From Ignavibacteria bacterium (GTDB taxonomy: Bacteria; Bacteroidota; Ignavibacteria; Tepidaquicellales; Tepidaquicellaceae), in contig JAEUSI010000004.1 in the NCBI GenBank assembly GCA_016788375.1, positions 3,478 through 67,477 of the forward strand: a DNA stretch of 64,000 bases, given 5' to 3'. The position numbers and the translations under genes are program-made. Below are positions 18,362 through 28,323 of this stretch, one piece after another. Under the pieces are notes generated by a model. That model had not been told where the DNA came from. It did not search any database and saw only the letters and a list, made by a program, of their open reading frames with translations. Every line of letters starts with the position of its first letter. Positions within the stretch are counted from its first letter, which is position 1.

Positions 18362-19222
18362 TTACAATCTTCTGTCTTTTAAATCTTTAATGAAGTATTT
18401 GTAATCCTTTCTTATTTTATGTTCAATATATTCATATAATGTACTGAACTTTATTCCTGTTATAAAAAAAGGATAACCATCTGTTTTGATTGTCTCCATC
18501 AGCCCGTCTTCTCTTAAATCATTTTCAAGATTCTTGAAATCATACCATAAATTGTAATCAAAATTCTTGCAGAAATATGTGACTTTCTGATCATGTTTTT
18601 TTCCGTAATTGTCTGTAAGTTTACCCTTAAAAATTTTATCGTATCTGTAGCTGACCTGCAGAAGTTTTTCAATGAAATGTATTTCTGTCGAATTTTTGAA
18701 GACTCCTCCGATTGCCCAGATATATCCGTCTGTCCTGAAAACTTCTCCTATCAGTGAATCTGTACCGAATGATTCATAATCATTCACTTCATAATGCTTC
18801 TTTGAAATTTTATCTCCGAAAATCAGATATGAAAACAATGCATCAACTGTTCTCTTTTTCGGAAAATTCTTGCGGATGAATTCAGATACAGCTCCCACAT
18901 TCACACATTCCGTATCCGGAATTATGTATTCCTCATTTCGCGTATAACTCAGGGAATATGACGGTATACAGAAATTTCCACCCTTTTTTTCGGTATCCGT
19001 TAATATGTCAAGAAATTCTGCAAGTCTGTCTTCATTGTTTCTTGCGGTTTTTGCAAGACCAAGCATGTCTAAATGTATAAATGCAGGCAGATCTCCCGTA
19101 AGCTCTGCTAATTTTGATGTTAATGTGTCTTTTAAATAATCCATGCGGCTCTTACCCGGATTCATTTTTTCTTTTTCAATATTAATTTTGAATGTGCTTC
19201 TTCTTGAATCTTTCACTGACAT
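18362..19222 (-). CDS. AAC(3)-fold (Antibiotic_NAT-like) acyltransferase, putative
   Basis: 286 aa ORF. The pattern FIHLDMLGL ... GGNFCIPSYS ... VGAVSEFIRK..KRTVDALFS ... FGTDSLIGEVF..DGYIWAIGGVFKNSTEIHFIE parallels the conserved blocks of aminoglycoside 3-N-acetyltransferase-family proteins. An alternative ATG at 19165 would remove the 41-nt overlap with the ligase gene. Confidence 0.5.
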   Translation of the reverse strand: MSVKDSRRSTFKINIEKEKMNPGKSRMDYLKDTLTSKLAELTGDLPAFIHLDMLGLAKTARNNEDRLAEFLDILTDTEKKGGNFCIPSYSLSYTRNEEYIIPDTECVNVGAVSEFIRKNFPKKRTVDALFSYLIFGDKISKKHYEVNDYESFGTDSLIGEVFRTDGYIWAIGGVFKNSTEIHFIEKLLQVSYRYDKIFKGKLTDNYGKKHDQKVTYFCKNFDYNLWYDFKNLENDLREDGLMETIKTDGYPFFITGIKFSTLYEYIEHKIRKDYKYFIKDLKDRRL

Positions 19223-20531
19223 TTATGCTTTCAACAATATTTATTTTAGTAGGTATTTTAAATTCCTGAAGTCTTTCGCGGCAGAATTTTTTCAGCCGTG
19301 ATCTGAATTTAACTTTATCCTCCGGTCTTATAAGGCTTACATTTGCACAGATTATGTTTCCTGTTATGGGATTTTTCTCTCCGTAAACCTGAACTTCAGC
19401 TACATTTTCGATATCCCTGATTACATTTTCGATTTCAGCAGGAAACACCTTCTCTCCTCCGATATTTATGAGATCCGATTTCCTTCCGATTATTCTGTAA
19501 TATTCTCCGTCTGTCTCGGCATAATCTCCGGTTATAAAATATCCGTCTGAAGTAAACGGTGCCGGGTAATTAAGGTAACCGAGTATTGCTGAATCTGATT
19601 TTATCTCTAATACATTTTCTGAAACTCTTACATCAAATCCCTCTCCTCCCAGTTTCAGCCATAATGAGCCGTCTTCTTTTGACCTGGTTCTGAGAACACC
19701 GACTTCAATCAGTCCGTATGTCTGCCGGAATTTTACACCGGCGAAAATTTTGTTTAGACTTTTTAAAGTTGATTCACTCATCGGCTCTGTTCCGTAACTT
19801 ATAATTTTAAGACTGCTCAGATCATGTCTTTTATATGCTTCGCTGATAAGAAGCAGATTTAAAAATGTAGGTGAAGACGGAAGAAGCTCGACTCTGTGCC
19901 TTTCAATCAGACTGCAGATATAATCCGGGGTTCTTTCGGATACTGTAACTACTGTTCCGCCGTTTGAAAGAGTATGAAACAATGTATTTAACCCGCCCCA
20001 GTGATCGAACAGAAGGAAATTCAAAGTAATATATGCTTCCCGTTTTGTCTCAAACTTTTTCAGCAGTCCCGTGAAATCATGTACGGCTGCTTTCGGTTTT
20101 CCTGATGTACCGGAAGAAAACAAAATAAGTCCCGGATGCTTCCTTTTCCTCAGGATTTCAATCAGCTCATGCCGGTTATAATCATCATTATTTGTAATAT
20201 CAACCTGATCATTTTCATTTACAGAAATCACAATTTCGGGTTTGGAAATTTCGAGAAGCTCATTTCTGTTTTTCCTGTTTCCGTAATTCAAAGGAACAGT
20301 TATACATCCCAGTTCGGCAAGTGCCAGAAATATAGAAATTGAATTGAAAGAAAAATCTCCTTCAAGAGCTGCTGTTGTTCCGCTTCCGATACCGTAATTT
20401 TGAGAAAGATTTTCTTTCCGGAAATTAATGTTTTCAAGAAGTGATTTGTATGAATAACTGGTTTCTCCGAAGATTAAGGCTGTTATATCTGAATATTTTT
20501 CAAATTCCTTTTTCAGAAAATCCGTATGCAT
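19182..20531 (-). CDS. Adenylate-forming (AMP-dependent) acid ligase, short form
   Basis: 449 aa ORF with the motifs SSGTSGKPK, YGLIE and GDY. Confidence 0.8.
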   Translation of the reverse strand: MHTDFLKKEFEKYSDITALIFGETSYSYKSLLENINFRKENLSQNYGIGSGTTAALEGDFSFNSISIFLALAELGCITVPLNYGNRKNRNELLEISKPEIVISVNENDQVDITNNDDYNRHELIEILRKRKHPGLILFSSGTSGKPKAAVHDFTGLLKKFETKREAYITLNFLLFDHWGGLNTLFHTLSNGGTVVTVSERTPDYICSLIERHRVELLPSSPTFLNLLLISEAYKRHDLSSLKIISYGTEPMSESTLKSLNKIFAGVKFRQTYGLIEVGVLRTRSKEDGSLWLKLGGEGFDVRVSENVLEIKSDSAILGYLNYPAPFTSDGYFITGDYAETDGEYYRIIGRKSDLINIGGEKVFPAEIENVIRDIENVAEVQVYGEKNPITGNIICANVSLIRPEDKVKFRSRLKKFCRERLQEFKIPTKINIVESINVSERFKKKHIQN

Positions 20532-21232
20532 CAGATTCCGCCGAGATTGATATTTTGACCGGTGATAAATCCGCTTCCTTCGCTTATAAGAAAATCAGTT
20601 ACGTTTGATATATCGGAAAAGTCTGCAAATCTTTTTATGGATAACCTGCCCAGAAGTTCATTCATTTTCTCATCAGGCACATTCCGTACGAGACCAGTCT
20701 TTACAGGCGTCAGGCCGATTGAATTTACAGTAATTCCGTATCCTGATATTTCCTTTGAAAAAGTTTTAGTGAATGATACTAGCGCGGATTTTGAAGCTGC
20801 GTATACAGCTTCACCTTCGAGGTTAATGTCTGCTGCTACCGAAGAAAGGTTTATTATTCTGCCGAATTTGTTTTTTAACATAATCTTAGCGGCTTCTCTG
20901 CAGAACAGAAAAGGTGCAGTAAAGTTTGTTCTGATTATATTTTCTGCTGTTTTCAAGGGAGTAAGCAAAGCGTGATTCATCGAGGCAATTCCGGCGTTAT
21001 TTATGAGTATATCGAGTCTGCCGTAACTTTTCCTGATTTCGGAAAACATTTTTTTTACGCTGACTTCATCCGTCACATCTGCAGTAAAATGTATGTAATT
21101 GGCGGAAGATACAGTGTTTGCGCTTCTGCTGCAGCCAGCTGCAAGGAAATTTTTTCCGCAGTAATACTCCGCGAGATATTTTCCTATACCCCTGCTTGTT
21201 CCTGTAATTAATATTACTTTTGTTTTGCTCAA
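20531..21232 (-). CDS. Short-chain dehydrogenase/reductase (FabG-like 3-oxoacyl reductase)
   Basis: 233 aa ORF with TGTSRGIG, NNAG and YAASKSAL (YxxxK). Its stop overlaps the ligase start by 1 nt. Confidence 0.85.
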   Translation of the reverse strand: MSKTKVILITGTSRGIGKYLAEYYCGKNFLAAGCSRSANTVSSANYIHFTADVTDEVSVKKMFSEIRKSYGRLDILINNAGIASMNHALLTPLKTAENIIRTNFTAPFLFCREAAKIMLKNKFGRIINLSSVAADINLEGEAVYAASKSALVSFTKTFSKEISGYGITVNSIGLTPVKTGLVRNVPDEKMNELLGRLSIKRFADFSDISNVTDFLISEGSGFITGQNINLGGI

Positions 21233-21258
21233 TAAAAATTAATTTTTGACTTCGGATC

Positions 21259-21609
21259 TTATGCGGATTTTCCTGTATTGTCTGAAAGTGATGAAATATA
21301 TCCGGATAAAGTTTTCACTGTCCTGAACGGGCTGCTTTTCTGTGACAATGCTTTCTCATCCGTAAGGTCTATCTCGAGTCCATGCTCATCCTGAAATCTC
21401 TGTTCAACTTCAACTATCAGATTTACAAGTCCCAAAGAATCTAACCTGCTGTTTAATCCGTATAAAACTGTTTCGTGACTTAACACTAATTTATTCTCTC
21501 CGGAAAGCTGATCATTAATCTCTTCCATCGCACCGTATATTGTTTTGATTATTTCTTCTTCAGACAGCATTTGAATAAAATTTTTGTTAAAAGGTTTCTT
21601 TATTTGCAA
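21259..21609 (-). CDS. Acyl carrier protein (dedicated, non-FAS type)
   Basis: LDSLGLVNLIVEVE carries the phosphopantetheine Ser in a DSL motif. The track start is a TTG; the ATG at 21570 (MLSEEEIIK) is the more likely start. Confidence 0.75.
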   Translation of the reverse strand: MQIKKPFNKNFIQMLSEEEIIKTIYGAMEEINDQLSGENKLVLSHETVLYGLNSRLDSLGLVNLIVEVEQRFQDEHGLEIDLTDEKALSQKSSPFRTVKTLSGYISSLSDNTGKSA

Positions 21610-21698
21610 TAATATTAAAAAATTCTTTTTTACTTTCTATTTAATTCGGGTTCTTTGTCAATTTTAAAATTTGCATTTCAAACAATCCGAATCCTTAT

Positions 21699-21731
21699 AA
21701 AAAAAGCCGGTTTCAAAAACGAATCCGGCTT
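21699..21731 (-). terminator. Intrinsic terminator downstream of nrdJ
   Basis: On the minus strand, AAGCCGG-attcgtttttgaa-ACCGGCTT is followed by TTTTTT. Confidence 0.7.
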
Positions 21732-21759
21732 ATAATTAAAATTAAAAATTTTTTACTTG

Positions 21760-24700
21760 TTATGAACAGCCGCTTGTATCGCCGCATGTTATGCATTTCA
21801 GACAAGTTCCGTTTCTGACCATCGTAACACTTCCGCAGGACGAACAGATATCTCCCGTATATCCTTTTAACTTTGCTTCTTTGATTTTTTCGATTATGGG
21901 TTTGCCGGCTTCAGCAGTTACAACAGCGGGTGATTTGGCTGAAATCCTTATTGATGTTTCACCTTTTAATTTAACGGGCTGTTCTTTTGTTTTTGAATGT
22001 TCTTCTATAATTCTTTCGCTGTAGATTTCCTCCTCATCAAAATCATTGTCTCCGTCAAGCTTTGACAAAGCATCTATCGGAGATTTCTGATATTCCTCGT
22101 CATTGGTTATATGAGCAAGATCCGTTCTGCCGAGATATGTAACTGCAAGTTCGCGGAATATATAATCAATAATTGAAGTGCTCATTTTAATATTCGGATT
22201 TCCGAGTACTATACCGTTCGGCTCGAATCTTGTATAAACAAAAGCATCTACAAATTCATCAAGCGGAACACCGTGCTGAAGTCCGAGTGAAATCGCTATT
22301 GCAAAACAATTCATAAGACTTCTGAAAGCTGCGCCTTCCTTGTGCATATCTATAAATATCTCGCCGAGCTGACCGTTTTCATATTCACCGGTTCTCAGGT
22401 AGACAGAATGCGTTCCGATTTTGGCTTTCTGCGTATAACCTTTTCTTCTGAAAGGAAGCTTTCTTCTTTTTGCAATGTATCTGTGAATGATCCTTTCGGC
22501 AACTTTGACAATATCATTGGTTCTTGAAATTTCCCGTGTTAAATCCTCTCCGTTTTCCATGCTTACAGATTCGTCATCTTTAACCGTATTCAGCGGCTGT
22601 GATAATTTAGAACCGTCCCTGTATAATGCATTTGCTTTTACACCAAGTTTCCATGATGTTATAAAAGCATTTTTCATCTCTTCAATTGTCGCGTGATTGG
22701 GAAGATTTATTGTTTTAGAAATTGCACCTGAAATAAACGGCTGAGCAGAAGCCATGATTTTTATGTGAGCATCCGCTGAAATATATCTGACGCCTTTCTT
22801 GCCGCATTTATTGGCACAGTCAAATATCGGATAATGCTCCTCTTTTAAATGCGGAGCACCTTCAATAGTCATTGTTCCGCAGACATAGTCATTTGCTTCG
22901 TCAATCTGATCCTTTGAAAATCCAAGTTCCTTAAGCACATTAAAATTCGGATCTTCAAGCTGCTCTTCCGAAAATCCGAGTGCATTTATGCAGAATCCGG
23001 CACCGAGAGTCCATTTGTTAAAAGTAAAATTTATATCAAAAACTGACGGAAGAGACTTTTCTATTTTTGCAATTATCTCCTTTGTAAAGCCTTTTTCTGT
23101 GAGCGACTGTGCATTAATTCCGGGACATCCGATCAGCGAACCGTGACCTTTTGTATACTTGATAATTTCCACTATTTCCTTATCCGAATACCCCAGATTT
23201 TTCAGTGCAGGAGGAACGGATTCATTTATAATTTTAAAATACCCACCGCCTGCCAGTTTTTTGAATTTTACAAGCGCAAAATCAGGCTCTACGCCTGTTG
23301 TATCACAATCCATAAGAAGTCCTATTGTTCCGGTCGGCGCAATAACTGTTACCTGAGCATTTCTGAATCCGAACTGCTCGCCAAGTTCGAGCGCTTTATC
23401 CGAATCTTCTCTTGCAGCTTTAAGCAGTGCTTCGGGACAGAAATTTCTGTTTATACCGAGAGGAGCCGTTGAAAGTCCTTCATACTCCGCCGCTGCAATA
23501 TTGTATGCAGCACGTCTGTGATTTCTTATTACTCTGAGCATTTCATTTTCATTTTCACTGTAACGCGGAAACGCTCCGAGTTCTTTTGCCATTTCAGCAG
23601 AAGCCGAATATGCCGTCATATGAAGTATTGCAGTTAATGCTCCGGTAACTGCCAGTGCTTCCTGCGAATCATAGGGAATTCCTTTCACCATCAGCAAAGC
23701 TCCGAGGTTCGCATATCCGAGTCCGAGAGTTCTGTATTCATAAGAAAGCTGTGCAATATTTTTGCTCGGGAACTGAGCCATAAGCACGCTTATCTCTAGA
23801 ACAATAGTCCATATCCGTGAAGCATGTCTGTATTTGTCAATATTAAATTCATTTTTGTTCAGATCATAGAATTTCATTAAATTCAGAGAAGCAAGATTGC
23901 ATGCTGTATCATCGAGGAACATGTATTCCGAACACGGATTGGATGCCTTGATTGTTCCTCCGTTCGGACATGTATGCCATTCATTAATTGTAGTATGAAA
24001 CTGTATTCCGGGATCTGCGCTTGACCATGCTGAATATGCTATTTGTTCAAATAAATCTCCTGCTTTCAGTGTTTTACACGGCTTAGGTTCCCTTCCTTCT
24101 TTCCTGGCTTTTCTTAATTCTGTTCTCCAGTACAGATTCCAGTCACTGTCATCAATGACAGCCTGCATGAAATCGTTTGTTGCTCGTATGCTGTTGTTTG
24201 AATTCTGTCCTGAAACAGTCAGGTATGCTTCCGAATTCCAGTCAGTATCATATTCCGGGAAAATAATTTCCTTATAGCCCAGTTTAGCAAGCTGAATAAC
24301 TCTTTCTATATAATTTTCAGGAGTCATTACTTTTCTTGCATCCGATATTGCCTGAGCAAGCAGTTTGTTTGTTTTTCTGTCAAAGCCGTCATTTTCCGGA
24401 TGAACGCTGTGACAGGCATTTATAATTTTATTAAGATGATGATTCAGAAGTTTAGAACCAGCAACAAGAGAAGCTACTTTTTCTTCCTCCATTACTTTCC
24501 AGTTTATAAACTCTTCCACATCCGGATGGTCAAGATCAAGAGTCACCATTTTTGCGGCACGTCTTGTTGTTCCTCCTGATTTTATGGCACCTGCGCTTCT
24601 GTCTCCAATTTTCAAAAATGACATCAGTCCGGAAGACCTGCCGCCTCCGCTCAGAGGTTCATTCGCTCCTCTTAAATTTGAAAAGTTAGAACCTGTACCT

Positions 24701-25386
24701 GATCCGTATTTGAAAAGCCTTGCTTCTCTAACCCATAAATCCATTATTCCTCCCTCATTTACAAGGTCATCCGATAAAGACTGAATGAAACAGGCATGCG
24801 GCTGAGGGTGCGTATAAGCGTCCTGTGAAGACACCAGTTTTTCCGTTTTAGGATCTACATAATAATGTCCCTGAGAAGGACCGCTTATACCATAAGCCCA
24901 GTTCAGACCTGTATTAAACCACTGTGGTGAATTCGGAGCAGCAAACTGCATGGCAAGCATATAACAGATTTCCTCATAAAAATTCTTTGCATCTTCCTCT
25001 CTGGAAAAATATTTATGTTTCCAGCCCCAGTATGTCCAGCATCCCGCAAGACGGTTAAATACTTCCTTCGAATCTTTTTCTGACGTAAACTTCTCTTCAT
25101 CCGGAAAATCCTTCATTCTGACCGAATCTGCTTCTGATCTCTGAAGCCATTCCGGAACTCCTTTCTCTTCGACTTTTTTCAGATAAACCGGCACACCCGC
25201 TTTCCTGAAATATTTCTGCGCAAGTATATCGGTAGCTACCTGTGACCAGTGTGCGGGTACGCTGATATCGTTCATTTCAAATACTATTGAACCGTCGGGA
25301 TTTCTAATCACTGATGAGCGTGTATCAAACTCTATGCTGTCATATGCGGAAGTACCTTTTTTGACAAATAAGCGGTTAACTTTCAT
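21760..25386 (-). CDS. nrdJ: Adenosylcobalamin-dependent ribonucleotide reductase, class II, long form
   Basis: 1208 aa ORF with the active-site block [21 protein letters not shown] and a C-terminal CxxC...CxxC ribbon ([22 protein letters not shown]). Confidence 0.9.
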   Translation of the reverse strand: MKVNRLFVKKGTSAYDSIEFDTRSSVIRNPDGSIVFEMNDISVPAHWSQVATDILAQKYFRKAGVPVYLKKVEEKGVPEWLQRSEADSVRMKDFPDEEKFTSEKDSKEVFNRLAGCWTYWGWKHKYFSREEDAKNFYEEICYMLAMQFAAPNSPQWFNTGLNWAYGISGPSQGHYYVDPKTEKLVSSQDAYTHPQPHACFIQSLSDDLVNEGGIMDLWVREARLFKYGSGTGSNFSNLRGANEPLSGGGRSSGLMSFLKIGDRSAGAIKSGGTTRRAAKMVTLDLDHPDVEEFINWKVMEEEKVASLVAGSKLLNHHLNKIINACHSVHPENDGFDRKTNKLLAQAISDARKVMTPENYIERVIQLAKLGYKEIIFPEYDTDWNSEAYLTVSGQNSNNSIRATNDFMQAVIDDSDWNLYWRTELRKARKEGREPKPCKTLKAGDLFEQIAYSAWSSADPGIQFHTTINEWHTCPNGGTIKASNPCSEYMFLDDTACNLASLNLMKFYDLNKNEFNIDKYRHASRIWTIVLEISVLMAQFPSKNIAQLSYEYRTLGLGYANLGALLMVKGIPYDSQEALAVTGALTAILHMTAYSASAEMAKELGAFPRYSENENEMLRVIRNHRRAAYNIAAAEYEGLSTAPLGINRNFCPEALLKAAREDSDKALELGEQFGFRNAQVTVIAPTGTIGLLMDCDTTGVEPDFALVKFKKLAGGGYFKIINESVPPALKNLGYSDKEIVEIIKYTKGHGSLIGCPGINAQSLTEKGFTKEIIAKIEKSLPSVFDINFTFNKWTLGAGFCINALGFSEEQLEDPNFNVLKELGFSKDQIDEANDYVCGTMTIEGAPHLKEEHYPIFDCANKCGKKGVRYISADAHIKIMASAQPFISGAISKTINLPNHATIEEMKNAFITSWKLGVKANALYRDGSKLSQPLNTVKDDESVSMENGEDLTREISRTNDIVKVAERIIHRYIAKRRKLPFRRKGYTQKAKIGTHSVYLRTGEYENGQLGEIFIDMHKEGAAFRSLMNCFAIAISLGLQHGVPLDEFVDAFVYTRFEPNGIVLGNPNIKMSTSIIDYIFRELAVTYLGRTDLAHITNDEEYQKSPIDALSKLDGDNDFDEEEIYSERIIEEHSKTKEQPVKLKGETSIRISAKSPAVVTAEAGKPIIEKIKEAKLKGYTGDICSSCGSVTMVRNGTCLKCITCGDTSGCS

Positions 25387-25793
25387 TTACATAAAAATTA
25401 AAAAAATTTAAAAACAAAAATACTTTTAGAAAAAACTGATGCGGGAATTTATAAGAAAATTTTATGTGTAAAATTATATGAAATGATTTTTAAATGCAAA
25501 CTCAGAAACAAAATTTCACTATTGACTATAAATTTTTTTTGACAGTAGAAAAAAATTTATTAATTATTTTCATTATGAATTTTCTTCTGAAAAAATTTTC
25601 GGAGTTTTCTTAATTTGTTTAAAACTGACAGTAAAACAGCAGTTAAAAAGAATCCGATGTTTATCAGGCAGAATCCAGCATCTGAGTGAAATTTCATTTT
25701 AATCAGTTAATGCTGATTAATCAATATAGTATTAAGTGAAAATCTTATACATAGACATATGATTTTGAAAAGAATATTTTACAACCCGGATAA

Positions 25794-26483
25794 ATGTATT
25801 CCGGAAAGGAAGATTTAATTAATTTATTTAATATGCTTCAGAGAGATTATTTCATGCGAATGACGGAAATGCTTGCAGCTGTCATTGCAAAAATTTTATT
25901 AAAAAAGGAAATAAAGGATTACGAAGCAGCCCGGGCTGAAATCGAATCTGCCGCAAAAACAATAGTCGGAATCGATCTAAAGCTTATTAATATGATCAAT
26001 ACCGAAGATGCAGTGAAGCTTTTAAAGACTGCAGGTTTCTATGCCGGAAAATGTTTAATCTGCGCAGAACTTCTTAAGGAATACGGTAATATTCACGAAC
26101 TTGAAGGAAAAGAAAATGAAAGTACCGGGAATTTCAGTAAATCACTCCGGTTTTATGTTGAAGCCCTGACGTCGGAAGAACTGCCCGAACCGGAAAAGTA
26201 TTTCCCGGAAGTTGATAATCTTATTCATACTTTAAGCGGAACAGAGTTCACACCGGAAATGAATTTAAAACTTACCGATTACTATGAATATTCCGGACAA
26301 TATTCAAAAGCTGAAGACATATTTTTTGAACAGATAGAAAACAATAACATTCAATTTTTAGAGAAAGCTTTTAAGTTTTATAAAAAACTGCTTAAAAAAA
26401 CTGATGAAGAACTTGAAAACGGGAATCTGAGCAGACAGGAAGCTGAAGAATCCCTTCAGGAAATTATTAACAAAAAATTATAA
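25794..26483 (+). CDS. Hypothetical acidic helical protein
   Basis: 229 aa ORF. The start is possibly at the internal MLQRDYFMRM. I recognised no catalytic motif. Confidence 0.45.
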   Translation: MYSGKEDLINLFNMLQRDYFMRMTEMLAAVIAKILLKKEIKDYEAARAEIESAAKTIVGIDLKLINMINTEDAVKLLKTAGFYAGKCLICAELLKEYGNIHELEGKENESTGNFSKSLRFYVEALTSEELPEPEKYFPEVDNLIHTLSGTEFTPEMNLKLTDYYEYSGQYSKAEDIFFEQIENNNIQFLEKAFKFYKKLLKKTDEELENGNLSRQEAEESLQEIINKKL

Positions 26484-26511
26484 TTCAAAATTAATTTATT
26501 GATATATTAAA

Positions 26512-27291
26512 ATGAAAAAACTCTTAACATCCGCACTGTTGTTTTTCGCTTCCCTGAATTTTTCTTATTCACAAACAGATTCGGCGGGAGATACAATTAC
26601 AACCTCAAGCGGTCTGAAGTATATTATCATTGAAAAAAAAGACGGAGCAGAATCCGAACCGGGTAAAGCCGCTGAGGTTCATTATACAGGTTATTTTACC
26701 GACGGAAAGGTTTTTGATTCATCAGTTGACAGAAATGAGCCGTTTGAATTTATTCTCGGTCAGGGTCAGGTAATTAAAGGATGGGATGAAGGAATAGATC
26801 TTATGAATGTCGGAGATAAATTCAGACTTATAATTCCGTCTGATCTTGCATACGGTAAAAAAGGAGCCGGAAATATTATTCCTCCTGATGCTGTACTGAT
26901 TTTTGATGTCGAGCTTCTAAGCGTAGGAGATCCTAAAATTGCAATTACCGATATGCTTATGCTTACTTATGCGCAGAAAGGATTACAGGCAGTTATAGAT
27001 CAGTACAAAGAGCTGAAAACTGTTTCTCCCGATAAATATAATTTTAAGGAGAGCCAGCTGAATTCTCTCGGTTATCAGCTTCTTCAGTCAAACAATACAA
27101 AAGATGCCATTGAAATTTTTAAACTAAATATTGAATCTTTTCCGAATTCTTCAAATGTATATGACAGCATAGGTGAAGCTTATATGATTGACGGAAATAA
27201 AGAGGAAGCCCTGATTAATTATAAAAAATCGCTTGAAATTAATCCGAATAATGAGAATGCAAAGCAGATGATTGAGAAAATGCAGAATTAA
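26512..27291 (+). CDS. FKBP-type peptidyl-prolyl cis-trans isomerase with a C-terminal TPR domain, exported
   Basis: Signal peptide present. HYTGYFTDGKVFDSS...FEFILGQGQVIKGWDEG...LIFDVELL is a canonical FKBP core. The C-terminal half is TPR-like. Confidence 0.85.
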   Translation: MKKLLTSALLFFASLNFSYSQTDSAGDTITTSSGLKYIIIEKKDGAESEPGKAAEVHYTGYFTDGKVFDSSVDRNEPFEFILGQGQVIKGWDEGIDLMNVGDKFRLIIPSDLAYGKKGAGNIIPPDAVLIFDVELLSVGDPKIAITDMLMLTYAQKGLQAVIDQYKELKTVSPDKYNFKESQLNSLGYQLLQSNNTKDAIEIFKLNIESFPNSSNVYDSIGEAYMIDGNKEEALINYKKSLEINPNNENAKQMIEKMQN

Positions 27292-27321
27292 CCGAAAAAT
27301 CTGAAAGTCTTAATTACAAAC

Positions 27322-27358
27322 AAAAAGCCCGTGATTTCTGATCACGGGCTTTGTTTTT
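27322..27358. terminator. Bidirectional intrinsic terminator between the FKBP gene and csp
   Basis: AAAGCCCGTGAT at 27324-27335 pairs with ATCACGGGCTTT at 27341-27352. The hairpin is flanked by an A-run and a T-run. Confidence 0.8.
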
Positions 27359-27360
27359 AT

Positions 27361-27564
27361 TTATCCAACTTTTGTTACGTTTGCAGCCTGAGGACCTTTT
27401 GCTCCTTCTTCAACTTCAAATTCAACTTCATCGCCTTCGTCTAACTTTTTGTAGCCTTCAGCATTGATTGCTTTAAAGTGAACAAACACGTCTTGTCCGT
27501 TGCTTCTGGTTATGAATCCATAACCTTTTGTAACGTTGAACCATTTTACAGTTCCTTTTTCCAT
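27361..27564 (-). CDS. csp: Cold-shock protein (CspA family)
   Basis: 67 aa [18 protein letters not shown] and DVFVHF are the RNP1 and RNP2 motifs. Confidence 0.95.
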   Translation of the reverse strand: MEKGTVKWFNVTKGYGFITRSNGQDVFVHFKAINAEGYKKLDEGDEVEFEVEEGAKGPQAANVTKVG

Positions 27565-27850
27565 TACTGTTTTTCCTTTTTTTGGTGTTTAGAAATTGTA
27601 CGCTTGCAAATTTTGGCTCTTAAATCTTTTTCTACCGGGCCGTAATTATTTCCGTTCCCGGTATATTTGCTGCGACCTGCACCTTAAAAAGGATGTTACG
27701 TTACATCAGCAAAATCTTAAAAGCTTGTTGCTACTTTCTTATTTTGGTAGAACAATTCCGTTTTACCGGAACAAAAACGCTGTACTGTTTTTTTACGTTT
27801 ACAATTTACTCATATAATACTTTAATTACAACTGAAAATATGATTATTCT

Positions 27851-27883
27851 GAAAAAAAATTCTGAAGCTTATACACTCAGAAT
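27851..27883 (-). terminator. Intrinsic terminator overlapping the GNAT gene stop codon
   Basis: On the minus strand, ATTCTGA-gtgtataagct-TCAGAAT is followed by TTTTTTT. Confidence 0.6.
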
Positions 27884-28315
27884 ATAGTAAAAATGATCTT
27901 CATCTTTTTTAAAACCTGTTTTATCATAAAGCCTTTGTGCATCAGCATTTGATTTATGTGTTTCAAGTATCAGCCCTTTCGCATCTGTTTCAATGCAAAG
28001 CATTCTGGATTTCTCTATCAGTGCTTCTGCGACTCCTTTTCTCCGGTGGTTTTTATGCACAAATAAATCATTAAGTATCCAGATTTTTTTCATACTTACG
28101 GATGAAAATGACGGATATAACTGAACAAATCCCATACCTTCATTTGCCTGTTCACAAACAGCAAGAAATATTACCGATTCGTTATTCAGAATTCTTTCTG
28201 ACAAAAACTCTTTTGCCGAATTAATATCTGATTTCTGTTCATAAAACTGTCTGTAGAGATCAAACAACAATGAAGAGGTTTGCAAATCCACTGATTCTGC
28301 TTTGAAAATTTTCAT
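27869..28315 (-). CDS. GNAT family N-acetyltransferase
   Basis: 148 aa ORF. HRRKGVAEALIE is an acetyl-CoA binding motif of the Q/RxxGxG/A type. Confidence 0.8.
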   Translation of the reverse strand: MKIFKAESVDLQTSSLLFDLYRQFYEQKSDINSAKEFLSERILNNESVIFLAVCEQANEGMGFVQLYPSFSSVSMKKIWILNDLFVHKNHRRKGVAEALIEKSRMLCIETDAKGLILETHKSNADAQRLYDKTGFKKDEDHFYYILSV

Positions 28316-28323
28316 GTCAGAAA

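Noticed and set aside
21760-25386. Possible intein or mobile insertion to explain the 1208 aa length of NrdJ
   Set aside because: I saw no intein splice-junction pattern (Cys/Ser ... His-Asn followed by Cys/Ser/Thr) and no homing-endonuclease-like block (LAGLIDADG or HNH). The extra length is explained by the insert region and C-terminal Cys4 ribbon seen in long-form class II reductases.
25387-25793. NrdR boxes or a cobalamin riboswitch upstream of nrdJ
   Set aside because: Reading both strands, I found no 16-bp palindrome resembling acaCwAtATaTwGtgt and no B12-box-like GC-rich core. The region is almost pure AT. A covariance-model search would be decisive.
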